A stretch of 64,000 nucleotides of DNA from Christensenellaceae bacterium (GTDB taxonomy: Bacteria; Bacillota; Clostridia; Christensenellales; CAG-138), in contig JAISKB010000005.1 of NCBI GenBank assembly GCA_031261085.1, forward strand, positions 66,604 to 130,603, given 5' to 3'. Positions 39,993 to 48,914 of the stretch are shown here, piece after piece; the stretch's first letter is position 1; each line of letters begins with the position of its first letter. The position numbers and the translations under genes were made by a program. Under the pieces are notes generated by a model. That model saw nothing but the letters and a program-made list of their open reading frames with translations. It was not told where the DNA came from and ran no database searches.

Positions 39993-41749
39993 GATGCCAG
40001 CTCCTTTTCGCTCAGCTGTGATATGGCGATTTCTTTGTATACGGGGCAGCTTTGGAGCAGCTCTTTATGCGTGCCGCTGCCCGCCACCCTGCCTTCCTCC
40101 AGCACGATAATCCTATCCGCATCCATAATGGTGCCTATGCGCTGGGCTACAATCAGGCTGGTCACGCCGGCGGTTTCTTTTTTGAGCACACTGCGCAGCG
40201 CGCGGTCCGTCTTATAATCGAGCGCCGAAAACGAATCGTCAAAAATGTAGATTTCGGGCTGGCGGCAAACGGCGCGGGCAATGGCTACGCGCTGTTTTTG
40301 CCCGCCGGATATGTTGGCGCCGCCCTGCGCGATATCCGCCGCATAGCCGCCCTCCATATTTTCCACAAAGTCCGCACCCTGTGCGATTCGTACGGCGGTT
40401 TTCACCTGGGCTTCTTCAAACCCGCCGCCACCGTTATCCCCAAAGGCGACATTGGAGCTGACCGTGCCCTTGAACAAAACCGCGGTTTGCGGCACATACC
40501 CGATTTTATTGTAAAGGGATTCCAAACGGTATTCCTTCACATTTACGCCATCCACCAGCACCTCGCCTTCGGTGGCGTCGAAAAAGCGCGGCACCAGGTT
40601 GATTAGCGTGGTTTTACCGCTGCCGGTGGAGCCGATGAACGCGACGGTTTCGCCCCGATGCGCCGTAAAGCTGATATCCTGCAGCACATAGTCGGCCGCA
40701 TCCGGGTATTTGAAGCTGACATGGTTGAACGTGACCTCGCCCTCCATCCCCGGCTTGCCTGTGGATTGGCCGCCCTCGAGTATGGTCGGCGCCGTATCGA
40801 GCACCTCGTTGATACGCTTCGCGGAAACGCTGGCCCTCGGCAGCATGACGAACATCATAATCATCATCATGAACGACATAATCACCTGCATGGCATAGGA
40901 GGAGAACACCACCATGTTGGAGAACAGCACCAATTTATCCGCCGCGCCCGCCGCATCGATCAAGTGCGCGCCAATCCAATAGATCGCAAGCGGCAGGCCG
41001 CTCATAATCACCGTCATCATGGGCGACATCAGGGCCATGGCGCGGCTGGTAAACAGGTGCGTGCCGGTCAGCTCCGCATTGGCCGCTTCAAATTTTTGGT
41101 TTTGATAGCCCTCGGCGTTATAGGCGCGCACAACGCGCACGCCCGTGAGGTTTTCCCTCGTGACCTGGGTAAGGTTATCGGTAAGCGCCTGCATCTTTCG
41201 GAACTTCGGCATCACGAATATCATGACGCACCCGATTAACGCCGCCATAATTATGACCGCCACCGCCGTTGCAAGCGACCATTCGTAGCCCTTGCCGGCA
41301 ATCTTGGTAACCGCCCAAACCGCCATAATCGGGGCTTTAATCAACACCTGCAGCGCCATGGTGACGAGCATTTGCACCTGCGTAACATCGTTGGTGGAGC
41401 GGGTGATGAGGCTGGAGGTGGAAAAGCGGTTGATTTCCTCCATGGAGAAGGATTCGACCTTGTAGAAGATAAGGCCGCGCACCCGCTGCGAAAAGGACGC
41501 CGCGATGCGCGCCGCAAAAAAGCCGACCAGTATGGCCGAAGCAAGGCTCGCCAGCGCGCAGAGCAGCATATAGCCGCCGGCCTTCCATATTTCTGCCATA
41601 GCGCTGCCCGGCGTTTGCACCAGCCGGGTGATTTGCGACATATAGTCCGGCAGCTTTAAGTCCAGCCACACCTGCGCCACGATAAACACCAGGCTCAAAA
41701 GCATCTGCCTGAGTTCCTTGGGTTTTAAGTATTTGAAAATTTTCAGCAT
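39989..41749 (-). CDS. ABC exporter, fused permease/ATPase (heterodimer partner)
   Basis: It has a TM domain, then GSTGSGKTT, ISGGQKQR and IFDDSFSALD, the degenerate-site style of heterodimeric exporters. The start at 41749 lies 8 nt after AGGAG. It overlaps its partner gene by 4 nt. Confidence 0.9.
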   Translation of the reverse strand: MLKIFKYLKPKELRQMLLSLVFIVAQVWLDLKLPDYMSQITRLVQTPGSAMAEIWKAGGYMLLCALASLASAILVGFFAARIAASFSQRVRGLIFYKVESFSMEEINRFSTSSLITRSTNDVTQVQMLVTMALQVLIKAPIMAVWAVTKIAGKGYEWSLATAVAVIIMAALIGCVMIFVMPKFRKMQALTDNLTQVTRENLTGVRVVRAYNAEGYQNQKFEAANAELTGTHLFTSRAMALMSPMMTVIMSGLPLAIYWIGAHLIDAAGAADKLVLFSNMVVFSSYAMQVIMSFMMMIMMFVMLPRASVSAKRINEVLDTAPTILEGGQSTGKPGMEGEVTFNHVSFKYPDAADYVLQDISFTAHRGETVAFIGSTGSGKTTLINLVPRFFDATEGEVLVDGVNVKEYRLESLYNKIGYVPQTAVLFKGTVSSNVAFGDNGGGGFEEAQVKTAVRIAQGADFVENMEGGYAADIAQGGANISGGQKQRVAIARAVCRQPEIYIFDDSFSALDYKTDRALRSVLKKETAGVTSLIVAQRIGTIMDADRIIVLEEGRVAGSGTHKELLQSCPVYKEIAISQLSEKELAS

Positions 41750-41836
41750 TCGGGGTTCTCCTTCTATAATCCATTGCTTGTTAAACATTGCATCCGCGTT
41801 CTTTAGCCATACAGGGCTATCTCGCCCCGGCAGGCG

Positions 41837-42274
41837 TTATTTTTTGCCGCTCATCTTATTTTTGCATATATCGGCCAGCTTGGCCGTAATGCGGATATAT
41901 TCCCTCGCATCCTCATCCCCCAAAAGGCGGAGCATCGTAGCCGCATTTTCAATCACATCCCGCTGATGCCTCTGCGCCAGCGCACAGCCAGCGGGCGTAA
42001 GCTTAACCAATATTTTTCGGCGGTCGTTTTTGTCGATTTCCCGGGTGACAAGGCCCTTTTGCTCCATGCTGTTCAGGGCGGCGGCAATCCGCGCGGAGCT
42101 GATATCCATGGTGCTGCTGATTTCGCCCGGCGCCACATCGCTGCCCCGTCTAAATAGGTATCGCAGCACAAATGTTTCGCCCTGCATAGATCCGGCAATC
42201 TTCTTTTGCGGGCCGGTTTTATGAAGCAGCCGCATCGTTTGGAGGAGTTGCGCGGCAAGTTCCGTATAGTCCAT
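41837..42274 (-). CDS. MarR-family transcriptional regulator
   Basis: The winged-helix block ARIAAALNSMEQKGLVTREIDKNDRRK is present. Size is 145 aa. It is the first gene of the exporter operon. Confidence 0.85.
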   Translation of the reverse strand: MDYTELAAQLLQTMRLLHKTGPQKKIAGSMQGETFVLRYLFRRGSDVAPGEISSTMDISSARIAAALNSMEQKGLVTREIDKNDRRKILVKLTPAGCALAQRHQRDVIENAATMLRLLGDEDAREYIRITAKLADICKNKMSGKK

Positions 42275-42310
42275 TTCGTCGCCTTCCTTATATCTGCCTT
42301 CTCATAGCGC

Positions 42311-42351
42311 AAATATCTAATATTGTTATATAATAATGCTATTAGATATTT
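42311..42351. promoter_or_regulatory. Candidate MarR operator overlapping the operon promoter
   Basis: A perfect 12-bp inverted repeat AAATATCTAATA (42311..42322) / TATTAGATATTT (42340..42351) has a 17-bp spacer. The minus strand reads TTGCGT-17-TATTAT across it. Confidence 0.5.
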
Positions 42352-42537
42352 AACGCAAGCGCGCTCCTCAAGTGTTTCCTTTTGTTCACAATGCTCGCAC
42401 ATTTTATGGGATGCAAAGGCGCCATAAATTGCATTTGCGGATGAAATGTATGACTATAACCATCCATCTCCTATAGTTCACAAAAAATTCAACGAAAACT
42501 ACTTACATTCGACGAGAAAAATGATAGAATCAATACC

Positions 42538-43515
42538 ATGAAATGCAGGTTTTCGCGCGCCATATTTTGCATATGCCTCGCTTGCGCGGCGCTATTTGTA
42601 AGCGCCGTTGCTTTTGCGCTGCCCAAAACCGCGCTGGCGTTGGGCGACCACGGCGAAGAGGTGCGCGCGCTGCAAGAAAATCTTGCGGCGGCGGGCTTGT
42701 ATGGCGGCGAAATCAGCGGCGTTTACGGCGCCGATACGCTCGAAGCCGTGCAGCAGCTGCAGCGCCTGCTACAGCTGGAGCCCGATGGCATATATGGGGC
42801 CGTCACGGCCGCCGCATTCGAGCGCGCCGCTGCGCTGGGGCAGCTGCCCCCCACGCCCGAAACGGAGGATTTACCCCTGCTGGGCAGGCGTATAGGCATC
42901 GACCCGGGGCATCAGCGCAAGGAGGATTTGGAATTGGAGCCCATGCTGCCGGGCAGCAACCGCACCAAAGCCCGCATGAGCCGCGGCGCGTTAGGCGTTA
43001 AAACCGGTGTGCCGGAATATCATATTACCCTGCTGATTGCGCAAAAGCTTCAAGCTATGCTGCTGAACAGCGGCGCAACCGTCGTACTCACGCGGGACAC
43101 CAACGATGTAGTCATCTCCAACCGCGAGCGCGCCCAGCTTATGAACGACGCGCAGGTGGATATTTGGATTCGCTTGCACTGCGACGCCTCCTCTTCCTCC
43201 CGCAACAACGGCGCGCATATGCTCGTCCCCTCCCGCGCCGTCAATACGAGCATCTACAAACCCAGCCTTGCGCTGGGGAGGGCCGTGCTCGATCAGTTCT
43301 GCCAGGCGACCGGCGCCGCCCAGGGCAGCGTCTCCGCGCAGCTCACGCAAACCGGCTTCAACTGGTCCGTTGCGCCCGTCATCGCGCTGGAGATGGGCTA
43401 TCTCTCCAACGCCGAGGATGATGTGCGCTTAAACCGGGATTCTTACCAGCAAGCCTGCGCGGCAGGCATTTATAACGGCATCGTGCAGTATTATGCCGAG
43501 GAACCCCAAGAATGA
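42538..43515 (+). CDS. N-acetylmuramoyl-L-alanine amidase (PG_binding_1 + Amidase_3)
   Basis: It has a signal peptide and a peptidoglycan-binding repeat (LGDHGEEVRALQENLAAAGLY..DGIYG). The amidase_3 core follows (IGIDPGHQ, IRLHCD, ALEMGYLSN). Confidence 0.85.
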   Translation: MKCRFSRAIFCICLACAALFVSAVAFALPKTALALGDHGEEVRALQENLAAAGLYGGEISGVYGADTLEAVQQLQRLLQLEPDGIYGAVTAAAFERAAALGQLPPTPETEDLPLLGRRIGIDPGHQRKEDLELEPMLPGSNRTKARMSRGALGVKTGVPEYHITLLIAQKLQAMLLNSGATVVLTRDTNDVVISNRERAQLMNDAQVDIWIRLHCDASSSSRNNGAHMLVPSRAVNTSIYKPSLALGRAVLDQFCQATGAAQGSVSAQLTQTGFNWSVAPVIALEMGYLSNAEDDVRLNRDSYQQACAAGIYNGIVQYYAEEPQE

Positions 43516-44360
43516 TTGGGCCGCAAAAACAGTTGCGCCCCGCCCTGCTTGCGCTGCTTTTAGGAGCGTATATTTTTTTGTGCGGCTGCGGTCTGCTAAG
43601 GCCTCCCGCTCCCGCGCGCACCGAGGAGGAGCCTATGCCTTCGCCCGCCGCTGTGCCCGCGGCGGACAGCGGCCTAAACAACCCGGTATGGCAGTTTTAC
43701 AGCGTGTACTATGCCGGTACACGGGGCCCGTGTGAGGAGCTGCACGCCGCGCTGGATAACGACGCTTCGGTTGCGGCGCTAAATGGATCGCTGGCGCTAT
43801 GCGCATTGGAAAGCGCTGTTTCGGAGGGCATGATGTCGCTGGGGCTGTTGATGGGCACCGATGCCGGAACCTATGCATCGGACGTGCAGGGCGCGGCCAA
43901 CGGCAGCGGCAGCATCGCGGCCGCGGAGGACGATGGCACGCAAGCGCTCTCGTTTTTATATGAAGATGGAACGGCTTTAACCGGCACGCTTAACGAGTAT
44001 CAAATGGAATATGTTTTTACCGGCGAACCGGCCTATACGCTTAGGCTTTGCAAGGCGGCGCAGGGCTGGGCGGCCCGGCTCACCTATGCCGAGGGCGGCG
44101 GGTATGCGCTGCGCACCTCGGCACAAGGCATAATCGAGTTTTGTATGCTAAATATCCCGCCGGAATCCTTGCCGGAAGAGGATGCCGCCCCGCCGCAAGC
44201 CGATGCGCCGGAAGATCTTGTGCCTGCCGTCATTCCCCTCCCCACCCCTGCCGCCCCGCTTGCCCAGCAGAGCGAAGAGGCCTGGGAGGCCGCGCTGCAG
44301 GGCGCGCAAACGACCTATCGCATGGGGCAGGATGGCGTGTTGGTAATCAAATATAATTAA
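43512..44360 (+). CDS. Hypothetical lipoprotein
   Basis: It has the lipobox IFLCGC and a Pro/Ala-rich linker. It forms an ATGA overlap with the amidase gene. I recognised no family. Confidence 0.5.
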   Translation: MIGPQKQLRPALLALLLGAYIFLCGCGLLRPPAPARTEEEPMPSPAAVPAADSGLNNPVWQFYSVYYAGTRGPCEELHAALDNDASVAALNGSLALCALESAVSEGMMSLGLLMGTDAGTYASDVQGAANGSGSIAAAEDDGTQALSFLYEDGTALTGTLNEYQMEYVFTGEPAYTLRLCKAAQGWAARLTYAEGGGYALRTSAQGIIEFCMLNIPPESLPEEDAAPPQADAPEDLVPAVIPLPTPAAPLAQQSEEAWEAALQGAQTTYRMGQDGVLVIKYN

Positions 44361-44543
44361 ATTCAAGTCACTTCGAGATGAAAGAATAAGGGGCATGATT
44401 CCTCTTCTTTATAGTAGTATCAATCCATAAAAACGCATCGAAAAATTGGAGCTTGAAGTTGGATAATCGCAAATGGCAAATAAGATATTTCGCGGCAAAT
44501 GAAATGTTTTTCCAGTGCGGTCAATCTTATGCGGAGGGGTATT

Positions 44544-47393
44544 ATGAATTATCAACCACTTAGGATTAAAGTTGCGGTACTGCTGACAATTTCTTTGATG
44601 TGTCTGACGGGTTGTACTACAAACGCACAGGAACCTGTGGCAAATGCGACGGAGCTTACCGCGTCAAACGCCGAAAAGACGGGTTCTGCTACGCACAAAT
44701 TTGGCATGGCGCTTTACGTCGCTCCAAACGGGAACGACGCCGCCGTCGGTACAAAATCCGCGCCGCTCGCGACGCTTGCCGCTGCGCGGGACAAAATCCG
44801 CGCGCTAAAAAGCAAAGACGGAATTCCGCAAGGCGGAATCGCCGTATATTTTCGCGGCGGAAGCTATGACGTGACGGAGACGACATTTTTCACGCGCGAG
44901 GATTCCGGCAGGTTGGACGCGCCGATTGTCTACATGGCGTATCCGGGCGAAGCTCCGCTCTTCACGGGCGGAAAATACCTCGCGGGGAGCGCGTTCGCGC
45001 CGGTCTCGGACGCGGCAATGCGTTCGCGGCTGAGCGGAAAAGCTTGCGAACGCGTCGTGGAAATTGACCTCTTCGCGAATGGTTTCGCTTTTGACGATTT
45101 AGACTATTCAAAGTCGTTCTGGAAAAGGGGGCAATTGCGCGAATTCGTGGATGAGGACACCTACGATAATGGATTTTTGACGCGGCGTATGCAGGTTTTT
45201 GTCGATGACGATGCGCTTGATTTGGCGCATTACCCGAACAAGGTTCCCGGAATTTTCGCTGAAAACCCATATAATTCGTACTTGCGAATCCCCGAGGTAA
45301 TCGCGTCCGGCTTTGACCCGGTGACGGGGCAGTTGACAGGCGAAAACTCAAAATTCACGACGCGCGAGGAGCGAATAAAAAACTGGGCGAGCTATGAGGA
45401 CATAATAATAACGGGCATGACGGGGTGGGAGTTTTTCTCGGACAAGGTGCTCGCCAAAACAATCGACCCCGAGACCATGATGATTGAGCTGAGCGGAGCC
45501 GCGATATCCGGCGTTACGAAGGGCTCGCGCTACGCCTTTGAAAATGTGTTCGAGGAGCTTGACGCGCCGGGAGAGTATTTCATCAGCCGCGAGGGCATTT
45601 TGTACCTTTATCCGACAAAAAGCCTCGACAGCGCAACGGTGAAAATATCAAAGCTTGACGAAAATTTCATGATAGACGCCGAGGAATTGTCGCATGTCAC
45701 GTTTTCGGGTCTGAGCTTCGAGCTGACAAAAGGCTCCGTCATGTACATACGCGGCGGAAACGATGTCACCGTGGACAACTGCGTGTTCAAGAATAACGGC
45801 ACAAACGGAATTCGGCTCGGCGAGTACGCCATTTCGACGCGCGACCTCGCGGAAGAATACGGGCAGGACGGCGGCTACAGCGAGGAAACCTTGACTGAGG
45901 CCGGATGCAACGGCTATAACCACAGAATTCTGAACTCAACATTTCTGAATATCGGCTTTAGCGCCGCGAAAATTGCCTCCGGCAGCGCGCTCTCCCGCGA
46001 GGGCGGCGGAGCAATTTTTGAAGGCAATACTGTGATTCATTCCGGGCTTCTCGGTTCAACGTACAACTCCGGCATTAACATTGAGGGCTGCGGAATCACA
46101 GTCAAAAACAACCTGTTCGTATTTTGCCTCGGTCAAGCTGTTCAGGGAAATGTCGTAGATACCAAAATTATATATAACGAGTTTGTGGATTCGCCCTGCG
46201 ATATGGGGGAGGATACAGGAACAATCTATCTCAATTATATAGGGCTCAACGACGGTGTGCAGGTGCGCTATAACTACTTCCACGATGTCACGGGCATCGA
46301 CCATCCGGGCGTTGGCTTCGACTTCGCGCGGCGCGGCGGCGGGGCGTATTATGATACAGAAATGCCGTTTAAGGATTTTTCCTACAACATCCTCTATAAC
46401 GTGCCGAGCGCGCCGCAGCCGGTGAATCCGACGGGGCCGTGGACGAACATCGGAAATATCTACATCGACGTGCCGCAGGTATTCGAGTATCCGCCGGAAT
46501 CGCTGCGCGACGCGGAGGGAGCGGACTGGTCGTCGCCACAGTGGGCGCTCGAAAACGTGGAGGTGTTAGACCGCTTCTATAAAAACCGATTTTGGAGCGA
46601 AAAATACCCTGAGCTGGCCGAGTATTTCGACCACATGGAGAAAAAATTCGATATAAACGAGCTGATGGTCGAGGTTTATGACAACATCATTGTAAACATA
46701 AACGTGCCACGCAGCGGACGTTCCTATTGGTTCACGGGTGACTGGAAGAATGACTGGGCGGGACGTGCTTTTCCGCCGCTCGCCAACGCGCCACTCGATG
46801 AAAAATACGGCAAAATCGAAAACAATCTGCTCTTCGATAAGGACCCCGGCTTTGCGGATTACGCGGGCAAGGACTTTCAGCTGTCCAAAGACACGGCGAA
46901 AAAGCTCGGCGTGGAGTGGCTCGACATGAGTAGGATTGGCATACCGGGGGCGGCGGACTTTACGCGCCTGTCGGACGCTTACGCCGGCGCGGATAAGCTC
47001 TCGGGCGTGAAATTTAGCGCGCATTTTATAACGGCGTTCCCGAACACCGACACAGAGAAAGACGAAACGGGCTATTATAAGCAGGTGAGCCTGTGGCGCG
47101 AAGTAGTCCCCGGTCAGTGGGAGTGGGTGAACGAGAGCGGACTGAACAGCGAGAGCTCTGCGGGGGTTTTCGTGCGCCCCGGCGCGAACTATGCGGTGTT
47201 CTTCCACGGAGACAGCACACACCCGCCGCAGTTCGCGGGCATCGTCTCTGAGGTCTATGACGGCGTTAGAGTCGTTGGCACTCAGAGGAACCTCTTTGCG
47301 GAAGCGTTCACGCCGCCGCCGGAGGGAGTGACGAAATTCAGGGTCACTTCGTCGTGCTGGATTGATTTTGATTTGTCGGAATATGCGCCGTAA
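44544..47393 (+). CDS. Large right-handed parallel beta-helix lipoprotein (pectate-lyase-fold, DUF1565-like N-terminus)
   Basis: It has the lipobox LMCLTGC. The block YVAPNGNDAAVGTKSAPLATLAAARDKI is typical of beta-helix enzyme N-termini. Repeated NxG/GG-rich coils follow (IRGGNDVTVDNCVFKNNGTNGIRL etc). Codon usage differs from the flanking host genes. Confidence 0.7.
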   Translation: MNYQPLRIKVAVLLTISLMCLTGCTTNAQEPVANATELTASNAEKTGSATHKFGMALYVAPNGNDAAVGTKSAPLATLAAARDKIRALKSKDGIPQGGIAVYFRGGSYDVTETTFFTREDSGRLDAPIVYMAYPGEAPLFTGGKYLAGSAFAPVSDAAMRSRLSGKACERVVEIDLFANGFAFDDLDYSKSFWKRGQLREFVDEDTYDNGFLTRRMQVFVDDDALDLAHYPNKVPGIFAENPYNSYLRIPEVIASGFDPVTGQLTGENSKFTTREERIKNWASYEDIIITGMTGWEFFSDKVLAKTIDPETMMIELSGAAISGVTKGSRYAFENVFEELDAPGEYFISREGILYLYPTKSLDSATVKISKLDENFMIDAEELSHVTFSGLSFELTKGSVMYIRGGNDVTVDNCVFKNNGTNGIRLGEYAISTRDLAEEYGQDGGYSEETLTEAGCNGYNHRILNSTFLNIGFSAAKIASGSALSREGGGAIFEGNTVIHSGLLGSTYNSGINIEGCGITVKNNLFVFCLGQAVQGNVVDTKIIYNEFVDSPCDMGEDTGTIYLNYIGLNDGVQVRYNYFHDVTGIDHPGVGFDFARRGGGAYYDTEMPFKDFSYNILYNVPSAPQPVNPTGPWTNIGNIYIDVPQVFEYPPESLRDAEGADWSSPQWALENVEVLDRFYKNRFWSEKYPELAEYFDHMEKKFDINELMVEVYDNIIVNINVPRSGRSYWFTGDWKNDWAGRAFPPLANAPLDEKYGKIENNLLFDKDPGFADYAGKDFQLSKDTAKKLGVEWLDMSRIGIPGAADFTRLSDAYAGADKLSGVKFSAHFITAFPNTDTEKDETGYYKQVSLWREVVPGQWEWVNESGLNSESSAGVFVRPGANYAVFFHGDSTHPPQFAGIVSEVYDGVRVVGTQRNLFAEAFTPPPEGVTKFRVTSSCWIDFDLSEYAP

Positions 47394-47716
47394 GACGAGT
47401 TCTTAGATTACCCCGATACAAATACATTCACCGAGCCGACAGACAAGCCGGATTGGAGAACAAATGTGACGCCTAATACAAAGCCAAAACGCAAACCATG
47501 GATAAAGAGCATTCAGGGTTGGCCGCGGATTATCACAATCGTCTGGATGACAATAGCGAACTTCTGGCACCCATTGGTATTGACCTCATGAGAGAGAACG
47601 GCATGGACGACATTTTGAAAGCAAGCGGTTTGATTGAATAAACCATACCCACAAAAAAGTGGGGAATTTGCTTTCATTCTTAGTGGTTATATAATTCATT
47701 TATGGAGGTAATTGCA

Positions 47717-48139
47717 ATGATGCGTGACGCAGTTCAAACAATTGGAAACCTTATTGACAAGCAGAGCATTTCTTTGATAAGTTCCGTTGATGGTGACGGA
47801 ATTCCCAACACAAAAGCCATGTTGCCGCCCAGAAAGCGCGAGGGCATTAAGTTATTCTGGTTTACAACAAACACCTCATCGATGCGGGTGGCGCAATACA
47901 GAGCAAACCCAAACGCCTGTATATATTTCTTTGACAAGAGATTTTTTCGCGGTGTTATGCTAAAAGGCACAATGGAAGTACTGGAGGACGCGGAGAGTAA
48001 GGAAATGATTTGGCAAAAGGGCGATACTATCTATTACCCTAAAGGTGTTGCCGACCCGGACTATTGCGTTTTGAAATTTACGGCACAATCAGGTCGCTAC
48101 TATTCAAATTTCCATTCGGAAGATTTCGGAGTTGAGTAG
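47717..48139 (+). CDS. Pyridoxamine 5'-phosphate oxidase-family (FMN-binding split barrel) protein
   Basis: It has a general-stress-26-like pattern (PNTKAM...F.T...S.RV..Y..NP...IYF). The ATG at 47717 lies 8 nt after GGAGG. The gene is AT-rich. Confidence 0.7.
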   Translation: MMRDAVQTIGNLIDKQSISLISSVDGDGIPNTKAMLPPRKREGIKLFWFTTNTSSMRVAQYRANPNACIYFFDKRFFRGVMLKGTMEVLEDAESKEMIWQKGDTIYYPKGVADPDYCVLKFTAQSGRYYSNFHSEDFGVE

Positions 48140-48188
48140 CCACAGATTTGCGCGTATAGCCATAGCTTGGAGTTTGCAGGTGAATAGG

Positions 48189-48734
48189 ATGACGAATATC
48201 ATAGAAACAGAACGATTGATTCTTCGACCGCTTACCCTTGCCGATGCAGAAACGGCTTTTAATGGTTGGACTGGTGATGTGGAGGTAGGAAAGTATGTTT
48301 CTTGGCTTCCACACCATTCCATTGAGGATACGATAGAATGGCTGAAGGAAATCGAATGGAAGCAGGACGATGCAGGAAATATTATCTCCAGCGACAATTA
48401 CATATGGGGTTTTGTACTGAAAGAAACAGGTGTGCTTTTCGGCTCCGGCGGGTTGATTTGGGAAGAAGACTGGCAGCTGTTTCAAGTTGGCTACAACATC
48501 ATGAAAACGCACTGGAACCGCGGGTATACCACCGAAGCCATGAGATATATTTTGCAATTCGCCGTTAAAAATCTTGATATTCATAAAGTTGCCGGCGGCC
48601 ACGCAAAAGAAAATCTTGCCTCTGCCAGGGTAATTGAAAAGCTGGGATTCGTTTATGACAGGGATGACATCACGCCCCATGTTGACGGCGTCCGCTTCTT
48701 TGACAGCCGTGAATACCTATTGGAATTAGACTGA
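48189..48734 (+). CDS. GNAT-family N-acetyltransferase (RimJ/RimL-like)
   Basis: It has TERLILRPLTLADAE and the block HWNRGYTTEAMRYILQFA. The gene is AT-rich. Confidence 0.8.
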   Translation: MTNIIETERLILRPLTLADAETAFNGWTGDVEVGKYVSWLPHHSIEDTIEWLKEIEWKQDDAGNIISSDNYIWGFVLKETGVLFGSGGLIWEEDWQLFQVGYNIMKTHWNRGYTTEAMRYILQFAVKNLDIHKVAGGHAKENLASARVIEKLGFVYDRDDITPHVDGVRFFDSREYLLELD

Positions 48735-48914
48735 TAAATTCTTCCCCCTCTCGCCGTTCAGGATAGGACTGGTGCGTGAGGTGAAGCTTATAACAAACAA
48801 TACGACCCATGCATTGCATGAGCCGTATGGTTGTTTGCGCGCGGGGGCGCGCACATCTTCTTAAGAATATGTCAATCGGGGCAAAGCATGCGCTTTGGCC
48901 GGCATGACCTTGGG

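Noticed and set aside
47391-47580. An open frame continuing after the beta-helix gene TAA stop, considered as programmed read-through.
   Set aside because: TAA is a strong stop. There is no downstream stimulatory structure, and the extension has no beta-helix repeat character. It is more likely a chance or relic ORF.
48132-48734. The PNPOx + GNAT pair considered as a GNAT-toxin/antitoxin module.
   Set aside because: The GNAT has RimJ/RimL-type motifs and length. The upstream gene is a PNPOx-fold enzyme, not an RHH/DUF1778 antitoxin. There is no translational coupling signature beyond an ORF-track overlap that disappears with the SD-supported start.
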